Source: a virus | UHGV virus genome: UHGV-0134778 | Direction: 5' to 3' (one strand) | DNA: 64,000 nucleotides | Shown: one piece after another, positions 26,870-36,250 of the stretch | Layout of the letters: the number at the start of each line of letters is the position of its first letter | Numbering within the stretch: position 1 is the stretch's first letter | Program-made: the position numbers and the translations under genes | Notes under the pieces: generated by a model | What the model was told of the DNA's origin: nothing | Seen by the model: only the letters and a program-made list of their open reading frames with translations | Database searches by the model: none

Positions 26870-27495
26870 GAGAAAGACTGCTGTCTATAGACCAGTCTCT
26901 TACCCACACAGCCTGTGTTGTATGGGACGATGGTAGGCCTGTTCATAAGGTTGTGTTACGCACCCAAAGCTCATCTGCAAAAGAGAAGAAACCAGGGACG
27001 GTTTCTTTTGCAACAGCGGCTGAGCGTATTGACTGGATCTGCAAACAGGTTAGATATTATATCCACACGCACGGCGTTGACACCGTGGTTATGGAAGGGC
27101 TCTCCTTCGGATCGCGAGGAGATGCCACACGTGAACTGGCTGGGTTGTTTTACGGTCTTGAAGTTATGCTTTGGGATGCTTTAGCAGATTGTGAAAATGA
27201 CGGCCTGTTTAAGGTTCACACAGTGACACCAACAACTGCCAAAAAGTTTGCTCGTAGTCATCTTCCTGAAGAACTTGCTTTTGAGGAGAAGAAAAAGCTT
27301 GACAAAAGGACAGGTAAAGAGCATACTGTGAAGAAACCTGTTACGATGGATAAAAAGTTGATGGTTAAGGCCTGCGAAGTATCTGAACCCGGGTTCCTGG
27401 ATGGGATCAACTTGGTACAAGGTAAGGCCGATCTCGCAGATGCTTATTGGATAGGTAGGGCGCATCTGGAGGGATTATCGCAAAGCGTAAAATAA
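26866..27495 (+). CDS. putative RuvC-like Holliday junction resolvase
   Basis: N-terminal LSIDQSLTHT, VVMEG and DLADAYWIG segments fit the RuvC acidic-residue pattern; tentative. Confidence 0.45.
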   Translation: MRERLLSIDQSLTHTACVVWDDGRPVHKVVLRTQSSSAKEKKPGTVSFATAAERIDWICKQVRYYIHTHGVDTVVMEGLSFGSRGDATRELAGLFYGLEVMLWDALADCENDGLFKVHTVTPTTAKKFARSHLPEELAFEEKKKLDKRTGKEHTVKKPVTMDKKLMVKACEVSEPGFLDGINLVQGKADLADAYWIGRAHLEGLSQSVK

Positions 27496-27572
27496 GAAAG
27501 AAAGCTGTCAAAGCCCCCGTCCATAGCGGGTGGCTAAAAGATTCTAAGGACATAGCCGACTTTCGGAAAGAA

Positions 27573-28052
27573 TTGTCAGAAGAGCAGGATGGTCTTGATC
27601 CAATCTTGTGCGAACCACTTCGTAAGCCTTGTTTAGATCATGATCATCTGACTGGTCGTTGCAGGGGTGTTTTGTCCCAATGCACTAATACCTTTGAGGG
27701 GTATGTGCTTAAATACTGGATGAAATACTGTAACGAGTATACAGATTGCAGTTTATCAGAGGCGTTACGCCGGATGGCTGACTATCTGGAGAAAGACTAC
27801 AGCGACTTCCCGCTCCACAAAAACTACAGAGATGATATGACAAAGTTCTTGAGGAGATGCTCTAAAGCTACGATTATTGCACGTGCAGAATCAGATCTCG
27901 GTCTTGTCATTAATTCAGAGTATACCAAGCATGAGGCTATTGAGTCCTACATGCAGGAGTTTATAAAGAAAACTGAGGAGAGAGATTTCTATGGGGACGA
28001 AAAAGGTATTCAATCCTTGCGATTCAGTTCTGATCAGGATGAAATACCGTAA
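27573..28052 (+). CDS. endonuclease VII-like protein
   Basis: CLDHDHLTGRCRGVLSQCTN matches the Endo VII signature (C-x-DHDH-x-TG-x-x-RG-x-L-x-x-CN); apparent TTG start. Confidence 0.6.
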   Translation: MSEEQDGLDPILCEPLRKPCLDHDHLTGRCRGVLSQCTNTFEGYVLKYWMKYCNEYTDCSLSEALRRMADYLEKDYSDFPLHKNYRDDMTKFLRRCSKATIIARAESDLGLVINSEYTKHEAIESYMQEFIKKTEERDFYGDEKGIQSLRFSSDQDEIP

Positions 28053-28212
28053 CTGGAAAGGTGTTGTTGCAGATCGCTGCGTTACTGAGCCTAATTTATG
28101 GTTTGGCTCTACAGAGTATCATAAAGAAGAGCAGTGGTTGATGCATGCATTTGACGTAGATAAGGGCGAATACCGTGACTTCGCTTTAAAAGACATTCTT
28201 CAGTTTTACTAA
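28039..28212 (+). CDS. hypothetical small protein
   Basis: ORF-track ORF trimmed to the internal ATG (MKYRNWKG); overlaps the Endo VII-like gene end. Confidence 0.3.
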   Translation: MKYRNWKGVVADRCVTEPNLWFGSTEYHKEEQWLMHAFDVDKGEYRDFALKDILQFY

Positions 28213-28224
28213 GGAATCTTAACG

Positions 28225-29208
28225 ATGATGACAAAGTTAACTCTTGAGCAAATTTTAACACTAAAGCAACAGGGATACACTAATAGACAAATTGCTCGTG
28301 AATTTTTAGGGCGTGAGTCGCGTGAAAGCTGGATCCGACTACAGCTTAAACGTGCACAAGAGAATATGTCAGAGATTGTAGGAGAGGCAACGGAGCGCTT
28401 CCTTGAAGAACATAAAGGTGCTAAAGTTTGGGTGTATGACACAGAGACATCTCCAACAAACGGCTGGTTCTTTGGGCATTATAAGACCAACATTCAAACC
28501 TGCGGTATTGAAATTATGCCCTATATGCTGACTTTCGCAGGTAAGTGGTTAGATAGCCCTAGCGTGGTTGACTGTGGTCTTCCTGATTACAAAATGTGGG
28601 ACGAGGATATCCACAACGATCTTGAACTGATTCAAGATTTGTGGTATTATCTGGATAAATGTGATGTAGCAGTAGCGCACAACTCCGGTTTTGACTGTGG
28701 GTGGGCCAACCAACGATTTGCATTTCACGGTTTGCCGCCAACAAGTCCATACAAAGAGGTTGACACCCTCAAGATGATTAAAAAGGCATTCCGTTTGAAT
28801 GCAAACACGTTAGAGTATGCATGTAAATACTTCCAACTGGCCCGACAGAAGCTGATTGACCACACATTTGAAATGTGGATCAAGTGTGTTCATGGTGATC
28901 TTGAGGCGTTTAAACAGATGCGGGAGTATAATGTTGGGGACATCTTGTCTCTGGAAGGCCTGTATTTGCTGGCGCGTCCGTTTGCTAAGCAGCACCCCAA
29001 CATGTCATTGTACTACCAAGATGAGGAGTCAAAAGTTCGTTGCCCACGTTGTGGTGGAGAACACCTTCACGAGGAAGAAGCTTTGGCGTATACTCAGCTG
29101 AGTGCATTTAAAACATACCGCTGCGAAGGTTGTGGATCTGTTGTTCGTGATCGTAACAACATCCGTACTAGGGAAGAGATGAAAAACACCCTTATTCAGA
29201 TAATCTAA
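28225..29208 (+). CDS. DnaQ-like 3'-5' exonuclease with N-terminal HTH and C-terminal zinc ribbon
   Basis: HTH-like LTLEQILTLKQQGYTNRQIAREF; Exo I VWVYDTETS, Exo II AHNSGFDCGW, Exo III YNVGDILSLEGLY; C-terminal CPRCGG ... CEGCG. Confidence 0.55.
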   Translation: MMTKLTLEQILTLKQQGYTNRQIAREFLGRESRESWIRLQLKRAQENMSEIVGEATERFLEEHKGAKVWVYDTETSPTNGWFFGHYKTNIQTCGIEIMPYMLTFAGKWLDSPSVVDCGLPDYKMWDEDIHNDLELIQDLWYYLDKCDVAVAHNSGFDCGWANQRFAFHGLPPTSPYKEVDTLKMIKKAFRLNANTLEYACKYFQLARQKLIDHTFEMWIKCVHGDLEAFKQMREYNVGDILSLEGLYLLARPFAKQHPNMSLYYQDEESKVRCPRCGGEHLHEEEALAYTQLSAFKTYRCEGCGSVVRDRNNIRTREEMKNTLIQII

Positions 29209-29216
29209 CAAATAGA

Positions 29217-29244
29217 GGGAGGCTTGCGCCTCCCTTTTCCTTTT
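29217..29244 (+). terminator. rho-independent terminator
   Basis: GGGAGG-cttgcg-CCTCCC followed by TTTTCCTTTT. Confidence 0.65.
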
Positions 29245-29253
29245 GGAGGCACT

Positions 29254-30060
29254 TTGAGCAAGAAAGAGTCCAACGACAAATATTACACAGACCCCGAGTA
29301 TGCAGAATATCTTGTTGGTAAAGTAAAAGGTAAGTATGGGAATTGTGCATACGTTGAGCCTTCTGCTGGAAAGGGTTCTTTTTCAAAACTATTTTCAGAG
29401 ATACTGTCGTATGATTTGGTACCAGATCCTGAATTTGAAGGCCCAACCCCGTGTATTAAGGCAAACTTCTTAGAGGTGTATCCCAAGGCCGATGTATTCA
29501 TAGGTAATCCTCCATTCGGCAAAAATTCGTCTTTAGCTTGCAAGTTCTTTAACCACTGTGCATCATTGCTAGAGCCTGGTGGAGCTATAGCCTTCATCTT
29601 GCCACGGACTTTTGAAAAAATATTTTTTGCAAACAAACTGGACATGTCGATGCACCTTATTTACAGTGAAAGGTGCCCCAAGAACTCGTTTTTACTTAAC
29701 GGCAAACCTTATGACGTGCCATGTGTTTTCCAAATTTGGGAGAAAAAGGTGTGCAGTAGGGATCCTGTAGAGATCGGGGAGAATAAGTTATTTTCTTTTG
29801 GCACACCGAATGATTATGACTTCTGTATAAGACGTGTTGGGTATAATGCTGGGAAAGTATTGGGAGATGATGACCCAAAATCTGAAGAATCAACATATTT
29901 CATAAAATCTTTAGTTGATGGTATTGACAGAGTGTTTGTTGAGTGCTATTCTTCTTTTCAAGAAGAAGCAGGTAAGACTGCTGGAATGAAGAGTATAGGC
30001 AAGAAAGAACTACAATACATTTTGGAGACCAGGTATGATCAAAAGCATAGACTTGACTAA
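29254..30060 (+). CDS. DNA methyltransferase (N6-adenine or N4-cytosine class, NPPF motif)
   Basis: SAM-binding-like VEPSAGKGSF and catalytic motif IV IGNPPFG; start set at the in-frame TTG after the terminator hairpin (ORF-track start 29224 lies inside the hairpin). Confidence 0.6.
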   Translation: MSKKESNDKYYTDPEYAEYLVGKVKGKYGNCAYVEPSAGKGSFSKLFSEILSYDLVPDPEFEGPTPCIKANFLEVYPKADVFIGNPPFGKNSSLACKFFNHCASLLEPGGAIAFILPRTFEKIFFANKLDMSMHLIYSERCPKNSFLLNGKPYDVPCVFQIWEKKVCSRDPVEIGENKLFSFGTPNDYDFCIRRVGYNAGKVLGDDDPKSEESTYFIKSLVDGIDRVFVECYSSFQEEAGKTAGMKSIGKKELQYILETRYDQKHRLD

Positions 30061-30493
30061 AGAGCTTTCCGATGCAAAAGCTTTTGGTGAGACAGCCGTG
30101 CAAAGGGGGCAGGCTATGGGGCTGGCACTACCTTTTGTCTTAAAAGAGCATTTTACAGATTTTCAGCTTATCCGGGGTGAAAAGGGTATGCTTATTCTGG
30201 AACATAAGCTGAGTAAGAAACGTTATAAAGTTGTTTTTAATTCTAAAGCTCCAACAAAACTTGGATTCAGAACTTACAATCTCAACCCTTCTTATACTAA
30301 GGGTGTTGGAAGAGTGGAGCAGCAGCATTTCAGTGCTAGAGCTTCTTTAGCACCTTTGATGGTAAATTTCTCAGGTGTGGCTTTAGGATACCTAGATAAG
30401 AAAAGAGTTCTTCATGTTCGTTTTACAGACTTTATAACGCTTTTAGCTAACAACGAAGTAGATGAAAAGGGACGTGTAAAAACAAACTTCTAA
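30035..30493 (+). CDS. hypothetical protein
   Basis: 152-aa ORF with GGAG RBS; overlaps the end of the methyltransferase gene. Confidence 0.45.
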   Translation: MIKSIDLTKELSDAKAFGETAVQRGQAMGLALPFVLKEHFTDFQLIRGEKGMLILEHKLSKKRYKVVFNSKAPTKLGFRTYNLNPSYTKGVGRVEQQHFSARASLAPLMVNFSGVALGYLDKKRVLHVRFTDFITLLANNEVDEKGRVKTNF

Positions 30494-30508
30494 TAACGTG
30501 CAGTATGA

Positions 30509-30712
30509 TTGGAGACCGCAATGACACCAGAGTTAACAATTCCAGACAGCTTTTCAGAAAGCTTTATCCCAGAAATGATGAAGAAGATGCGATCACTGCT
30601 TGATCAGATTGAGGAGGCTGTTTGGGAAGACGATGCTGTAGTAGCTAACGAGCTGGTAGATAAGTGTAAAAGTATTATTGATGCAGTTGAAGAATACCAC
30701 GGAGGTTTTTAA
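30509..30712 (+). CDS. hypothetical acidic protein
   Basis: 67-aa ORF. Confidence 0.4.
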   Translation: METAMTPELTIPDSFSESFIPEMMKKMRSLLDQIEEAVWEDDAVVANELVDKCKSIIDAVEEYHGGF

Positions 30713-31314
30713 TGGATATTATTGTTCTTAATGCTCCACCAAGTTCTGGAAAAGACCATATCGCAGATCTTTTGTTGGAAGCCATTCCAAACTCGCATCA
30801 CCGAGAGGTAAAGGAAATGCTATTCAGTGTGGCAATTAAGGCAGCTGGTATTTCACCGCAGTTGTGGAATGCACTCTATGATCGCCGCTACAAAGAAGAA
30901 CCGTGCCCGTTCTTAATGATAGACGGCAAGCATGTTTCTCCGCGAGAATGGATGATCCATTGTAGTGAAAATCTGATTAAACCTATCTTTGGTGAAGACG
31001 CTTTCGGTAAGGCCGCAGTCGCATCCTTGAAGAAAGATTTCCCTGAAGGTAAAGGGGTTGTTGTTTACTCCGATGGTGGCTTCAAAGAGGAGCTGGCATG
31101 CCTTGGCGAGTACGCATACAGCACAGGTGGCGATCTTCTACTGTTCCGTATCCACCGTGCAGGATATGATTGGGGAAATGATTCCAGAACTTACCTTAGC
31201 CTAGAGAAGAACGGGATAAAAGGTATCGAGTTTGATGTTGTTAACCCTGAGGGGTCTCCTTGGGAGTGCGCATCTGAGATTGTGTGCAAGTATATTGATG
31301 CTAAAGAGGTCTGA
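30712..31314 (+). CDS. deoxynucleoside monophosphate kinase-like P-loop kinase
   Basis: N-terminal IIVLNAPPSSGKDHIADLL resembles T4 gp1 dNMP kinase (LSGVKRSGKDTTADF). Confidence 0.55.
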   Translation: MDIIVLNAPPSSGKDHIADLLLEAIPNSHHREVKEMLFSVAIKAAGISPQLWNALYDRRYKEEPCPFLMIDGKHVSPREWMIHCSENLIKPIFGEDAFGKAAVASLKKDFPEGKGVVVYSDGGFKEELACLGEYAYSTGGDLLLFRIHRAGYDWGNDSRTYLSLEKNGIKGIEFDVVNPEGSPWECASEIVCKYIDAKEV

Positions 31315-31319
31315 GAACA

Positions 31320-31913
31320 ATGCTGATCGGAATTGATGTAGATTTAACACTGGTAGACTCAGGAACAGCATGGTGGGAGTGGCTAGAGCGTTTATATGGT
31401 CCAGCCAGCAAGACAGTCGCTAAACCTTCTAACGGACTGATGTATTACGATCTGTCAAAGTATTGGCCTGATCGCCCCAAAGAAAACATCATAGGGCCTT
31501 TTGATTTCTGGAGTGACCCGTTCCTCTACGACTTTCTTAAGCCTGAAGAGGGGGCTATTGAGGTTATGAAAGATTTGGTGGCTCGTGGTCACAAGCTTGC
31601 ATTTATCTCTGTATGCAAGAAAGGTCACCTTGCATCTAAATCAAGGTTCTTAAAGCGTTGGACCAGCGATTTTATGGATCTTGACGATCACACCCAGGGC
31701 CACGGCTTCTATGCCACACATTTCAAAGGTAATGTGGCTGTAGATGTTATAATTGACGACAGGCATGAATACCTGAACCAATTCGCTTCACGCCCTGAAG
31801 TTATTAAAATCTTAAAAGACACTCCTTATGAGCAATTCGAGGAGTTGAAGGTCAGTGTTGACTATACCACCAATAGTTGGTATAAAATAGGAAAGTTTTT
31901 AGAAGGTATTTGA
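31320..31913 (+). CDS. HAD-superfamily hydrolase, probable 5'(3')-deoxyribonucleotidase
   Basis: HAD motif I IGIDVDLTL (DxDxT) and C-terminal VIIDD. Confidence 0.55.
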   Translation: MLIGIDVDLTLVDSGTAWWEWLERLYGPASKTVAKPSNGLMYYDLSKYWPDRPKENIIGPFDFWSDPFLYDFLKPEEGAIEVMKDLVARGHKLAFISVCKKGHLASKSRFLKRWTSDFMDLDDHTQGHGFYATHFKGNVAVDVIIDDRHEYLNQFASRPEVIKILKDTPYEQFEELKVSVDYTTNSWYKIGKFLEGI

Positions 31914-31914
31914 A

Positions 31915-32115
31915 ATGGGCAGATGTTCTAAAGGTGGCGATCCTGTAGTCAGATACGGTGACTGGCTAGAGGTATATGATCTTGGAGGTAAGCTAGTGTA
32001 TGCCTCTAGGATCACCCAAGACATGTGCTCTGATATGTTTAACAGATACCTTGCATTTAAGGCCAACATAAACCCAGACGAAATTTCCAAAATTAAAACA
32101 AGGAGAGCTAAATAA
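31915..32115 (+). CDS. hypothetical protein
   Basis: 66-aa ORF. Confidence 0.4.
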   Translation: MGRCSKGGDPVVRYGDWLEVYDLGGKLVYASRITQDMCSDMFNRYLAFKANINPDEISKIKTRRAK

Positions 32116-33098
32116 TGCTAAAACTGTGCACTGCAAAGATTATTGCCGACAGTATTTCCGAGAAAGGTAAGCGTATCACCACTTTTGAGCTAGAGTATCC
32201 TCGAATTATTCACTCAGAGCTTATGACACATCGAGTGTTCAGCCGAAACGCCATGTCTTCTCGCGCAGTTCCTGTCGGTAAGATGCTGCAGCAGATCGTG
32301 GAGAATCCGGCAATGCCAGTTCGCTTCGGTGTAAATAAGCGAGGGATGGAAGATGGTGGGGAACACGATCAAAAGATCCGTGTAGAGTACACTGACATGG
32401 AGCTAACCCCTGAAGAGTTTTGGAAAGAAGCTGCAAAAAACGCCGCTTGGCATGCAGAGAAGTTCGCCCTTGCTGGTTACCATAAACAAGTATGTAACCG
32501 CTTAGTGGAGCCGTTTCAGCGCATGAAAACAGTTGTAACAAGCACAGAGTGGAATAATTTTTTCCATCTCCGTTGCTGGCACGATGCGGATCCTACGATT
32601 CAGATGTTGGCTAATTGTATGTGGGAAGCTCTTGTGAATAGCACTCCTGAAATCCTTAAACCAGGTCAATGGCACACTCCATATGTAGAGCACGTTTATT
32701 TGGACGGAGAGTTTAACTACGCTGTACGTGACACAGAAGGGAAGCTATGCATTCTCGATACTAAAGAAGCCCTATCTATTAGTGCTAGTTGCTGTGCACA
32801 AGTATCTTATCGAAATATTGACAGCACGTTTGAAAAGGCAGACAGTGTGGCTAAAAAATTGATTGGCGGGGATCGTATTCATGCAAGCCCTTACGAGCAC
32901 CAGGCAACACCTATGGATCACGATAACGCAATGGAACGTTTAAACTACTACCTGTCTTCATGTGAAATCACACAGGACAGCTGTGTTTGGCAGGAAGGTG
33001 TAACCCATCAAGACCGTGATGGTAAATTCTGGTCTGCCAACTTTTGTGGGTGGGTTCAGCACAGACAGCTGCTTAATAACCACTTCATGAAAGGTTAA
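32115..33098 (+). CDS. thyX: flavin-dependent thymidylate synthase ThyX
   Basis: ThyX signature (SELMTHRVFSRNAMSSRAV, i.e. the RHR-x7-S-type motif). Confidence 0.85.
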   Translation: MLKLCTAKIIADSISEKGKRITTFELEYPRIIHSELMTHRVFSRNAMSSRAVPVGKMLQQIVENPAMPVRFGVNKRGMEDGGEHDQKIRVEYTDMELTPEEFWKEAAKNAAWHAEKFALAGYHKQVCNRLVEPFQRMKTVVTSTEWNNFFHLRCWHDADPTIQMLANCMWEALVNSTPEILKPGQWHTPYVEHVYLDGEFNYAVRDTEGKLCILDTKEALSISASCCAQVSYRNIDSTFEKADSVAKKLIGGDRIHASPYEHQATPMDHDNAMERLNYYLSSCEITQDSCVWQEGVTHQDRDGKFWSANFCGWVQHRQLLNNHFMKG

Positions 33099-33127
33099 TC
33101 CTATCACAGCGATAGGTAACTTTTGTG

Positions 33128-33156
33128 TTGACTAATAGTATTAGATAATCTATAAT
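33128..33156 (+). promoter_or_regulatory. strong sigma70-like promoter
   Basis: TTGACT-N17-TATAAT; followed at 33160-33180 by a perfect hairpin GGCTCAC-tttgttg-GTGAGCC at the predicted transcript 5' end. Confidence 0.7.
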
Positions 33157-33196
33157 AATGGCTCACTTTGTTGGTGAGCCAGAAATGGAGACAGGT

Positions 33197-33658
33197 ATGA
33201 GTAATGTTATGATTCCTAAAAAGACATTTATTTCAGTTACTTTAGATTTCCTATCTACTGTTCCCGGATTTAACGTTCGCACACGAAACGGTCTCCGAGC
33301 TGCACTCTTTGCTGTAGGGTTTGATTTAAAAAATATTGATGTTCTTCGTGGAAAAAACGTTCGATGCAAAAATAAGCCAACACATTATAGAAAGGCAGAT
33401 GTATTTGCTGGTGTCATGCGTGCAGACTTTAGATACCCGCAAATGTATAACGGTGTAGATATTTTAGATGTAGATAAAGCACCCGATGAGGCAATGCTTG
33501 TTCAAGATCTTCCCTATGATATCCCTGTAGAAGATCGTGTTAATGTAAGAAAGTATACAAAACAATCTGAAAAGGCTGAAGATATTCATATTGTTGATGA
33601 ACCTTTCAATTTTGAAGATCTGCATCGCCTGGAAAAATTATTCGGTATTGAAAGCTAA
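33197..33658 (+). CDS. hypothetical protein
   Basis: ORF-track start 33158 lies 2 nt after the -10 element, so the start is moved to the ATG (MSNVMIPKK) preceded by GGAG. Confidence 0.45.
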   Translation: MSNVMIPKKTFISVTLDFLSTVPGFNVRTRNGLRAALFAVGFDLKNIDVLRGKNVRCKNKPTHYRKADVFAGVMRADFRYPQMYNGVDILDVDKAPDEAMLVQDLPYDIPVEDRVNVRKYTKQSEKAEDIHIVDEPFNFEDLHRLEKLFGIES

Positions 33659-33668
33659 GGTGGTGAAG

Positions 33669-33899
33669 ATGAGTCATAACTCCAAGTGGAAGGATCTTGG
33701 TTTTGCAAGTCGGGCAGAATATGTTGGTTGGCTTTGGTTCAACGGTCTGACAAACGATATTAAAATGTATGATGATGTTTACTATGACGAGTATACAGGT
33801 AAAATTATAAATATCTCTGTAGAAGAGGATACCTTTGTCCAGCAAGATACTGATACCTGCCTTGATAAATACGTTGATGAAGTGGAGGAAGCAAATTGA
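33669..33899 (+). CDS. hypothetical protein
   Basis: Trimmed to ATG (MSHNSKWK) preceded by AGGTGGTGA; ends at the nrdA start. Confidence 0.45.
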   Translation: MSHNSKWKDLGFASRAEYVGWLWFNGLTNDIKMYDDVYYDEYTGKIINISVEEDTFVQQDTDTCLDKYVDEVEEAN

Positions 33900-36211
33900 T
33901 CACCAAGGTAATTAAAAGCAACGGATGTGAAGTGGCATTCGATCCAGAACGTTTAAATAAGGCGGCTATTTTCGGTGACGACGGTAACGGCAATTGGTCA
34001 CATATTGCACTGGATGCATACAAGCGGCTGTATGATGGATGTACAACCAAAGAAGTTAACCAAGCTATTATAGACTCTTGTGTTAGCCGTAAAGACGAAG
34101 CACATTCCCGTATGGCTGGTCGTGTTCTTATTGGTCAGATTTATAAAGAGGCTTTTGGAGGGTTTACAAAGATCCCTTCCTTACCATCATTTTACAATAC
34201 CATGGTTGAGAAAGGGTATTGGGAGGATATGGGTTATAGCTTTACCGAGCTAAACACTTTAGACGCTGTTATTGACCACAGTAAAGATCTCGGTTATGGC
34301 TATGCAGTCCTTAAACAGTTTCGAGACAAATACGGGATCAAGGATACTCTTAAAGACACCCTGTTCGAATCTCCACAGATGATGTTTATGGGGATAGCGA
34401 TGGCTGTCATGAAAAATATGCCGAAAGAACGCCGTATTGACGATGTTGTAAAATTATACACTTATCTGTCAGACTTAAAGATCAATGCCCCGACACCGTA
34501 CTTAAACGGGCTGCGCACAGGCAAGACAGGGTATGCATCTTGTTGTGTAATAAAAGCTGACGATACAGCAAAATCTATTGGTGTGGCACGTGAAGTTGCA
34601 TACACAATGACGGTTAACCAAGCAGGTATTGGCTACTATTTATCATCAAGATCTGCAGGTGATGGTGTTCGTGGTAACACTATTAAACATATGGGCAAGA
34701 TTCCATATTATCGAGGTATTGATGCTGGGGTTAAGGAGAACAGACAACAATCACGTGGCGGTTCTGCAACAGTATCATTCCTTGCACTGGACCCGCAGAT
34801 TGATGAGCTAATCCGTTTGAGAAACCCTATGACTGTTGCTTCAAAAAGAATCAACACCATGGACTACTCTATAGGTATTAATAGGTCGTTTATCAACCGT
34901 GTGGCTAAAAATTTAGATTGGATGCTTGTTTCTTATAAGCACGCGCCTCAACTGCATGAAGGTATCTTCACCATGTCTATGGAGGAGTTTGATGCCGAGG
35001 TTGATCGTATCGCTAAAGATGACAGTATTCCTAAAACATGGATCCGAGCTAGAGATCTTGCTGTTGAGCTGATCACGCAGCGCACCGAGGTTGGAAGGTT
35101 GTACGTATACTGGACAGATGAGATGAATAGACATACACCTTTTAAAGATGTGATCTATTCAAGTAACCTGTGTGCAGAAATAGCCCTCCCGACAAAAGGC
35201 TATTCAGATATGCGTAATATCTTCAAGTACGATGTTGATGATGGCGAAGTTGCATTGTGCTTCCTGTCATCTCTTGTAGCTGGAAGGGTTACCCCAGAGG
35301 AGTATGAGGATGTTGCATACTACACGGTGCTTATGATTGACAATGTTATGGAAATCATGACATATCCGTATGAAAATATGGAGAGCACTGTTAAAAAACG
35401 CAGATCCATCGGGGTTGGCCTTACCAATGTTGCACATTTTATTGCCAGCCACAAGGTTGCTTACGGGTCTCCTGAAAGTAAACAGCTTGTTCACGATCTT
35501 GCAGAGCTCCACAGCTACAGCTTGCATAAGGCAAGTTTACGATTGGCAAAAGAGCGGGGTGTCTGTGAGTGGATGCATAAAACAAAATACCCGGAGGGTT
35601 GGTTACCAATCGACACTTATAACAAAGAGGTCGATAGTGTGGTGAAAGATCCTTCTCTTAAGCAGGATTGGGAAGGGTTACGTAAAGAAATCATTGAAAA
35701 TGGTGGGCTACGTAATAGCGTTCTTGAAGCATATATGCCTAATGAAAGCTCTTCGCTGGCAACAAACACCACTAACGGGGTTTATCCTGTCCGTGAGCAC
35801 ATTATCTTTAAAAAGTCGCCACAAGGGCAGGTGCTGTTTATCGTTCCTGAATATGATGAACTGAAAGAGTATTATACCTCGGCTTGGGACGTTGATACTA
35901 ACGACATGATTGATATGTATGCTGTGATTCAAAAATTCACAGGACAGGCAATTAGTGCTGACCTATATATTGATTACACCAAGTTGAAAGATGGTAAAAT
36001 TTCAATGAAGGAGCAGCTGGGGTATCTTATCCGTGCTACTAAATTCGGGATGAAGACATGGTATTACTTAAACTCTCGGGTTGGTGCTGGTGACTCTTTG
36101 ACAGAGGAGCTCCACGCGAAGAAACAGGCTGAAGATGAAACCAGAAAGAACTATCCTTTGATTGCAGATAGTTCAGTTGAAGATCCATATTGCGAAAGTT
36201 GTGCACTGTAA
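33896..36211 (+). CDS. nrdA: ribonucleoside-diphosphate reductase alpha subunit (class Ia NrdA)
   Basis: 771 aa; ATP-cone N-terminus, catalytic NLCAEI motif, C-terminal CESC redox pair; TTG start with GGAGG RBS. Confidence 0.9.
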   Translation: MITKVIKSNGCEVAFDPERLNKAAIFGDDGNGNWSHIALDAYKRLYDGCTTKEVNQAIIDSCVSRKDEAHSRMAGRVLIGQIYKEAFGGFTKIPSLPSFYNTMVEKGYWEDMGYSFTELNTLDAVIDHSKDLGYGYAVLKQFRDKYGIKDTLKDTLFESPQMMFMGIAMAVMKNMPKERRIDDVVKLYTYLSDLKINAPTPYLNGLRTGKTGYASCCVIKADDTAKSIGVAREVAYTMTVNQAGIGYYLSSRSAGDGVRGNTIKHMGKIPYYRGIDAGVKENRQQSRGGSATVSFLALDPQIDELIRLRNPMTVASKRINTMDYSIGINRSFINRVAKNLDWMLVSYKHAPQLHEGIFTMSMEEFDAEVDRIAKDDSIPKTWIRARDLAVELITQRTEVGRLYVYWTDEMNRHTPFKDVIYSSNLCAEIALPTKGYSDMRNIFKYDVDDGEVALCFLSSLVAGRVTPEEYEDVAYYTVLMIDNVMEIMTYPYENMESTVKKRRSIGVGLTNVAHFIASHKVAYGSPESKQLVHDLAELHSYSLHKASLRLAKERGVCEWMHKTKYPEGWLPIDTYNKEVDSVVKDPSLKQDWEGLRKEIIENGGLRNSVLEAYMPNESSSLATNTTNGVYPVREHIIFKKSPQGQVLFIVPEYDELKEYYTSAWDVDTNDMIDMYAVIQKFTGQAISADLYIDYTKLKDGKISMKEQLGYLIRATKFGMKTWYYLNSRVGAGDSLTEELHAKKQAEDETRKNYPLIADSSVEDPYCESCAL

Positions 36212-36215
36212 TTTA

Positions 36216-36238
36216 AAAAGGGGCTTCGGCCCCATTTT
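36216..36238 (+). terminator. putative terminator or attenuator after nrdA
   Basis: GGGGC-ttcg-GCCCC followed by ATTTTAG. Confidence 0.5.
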
Positions 36239-36250
36239 AGAGGTAGAATA

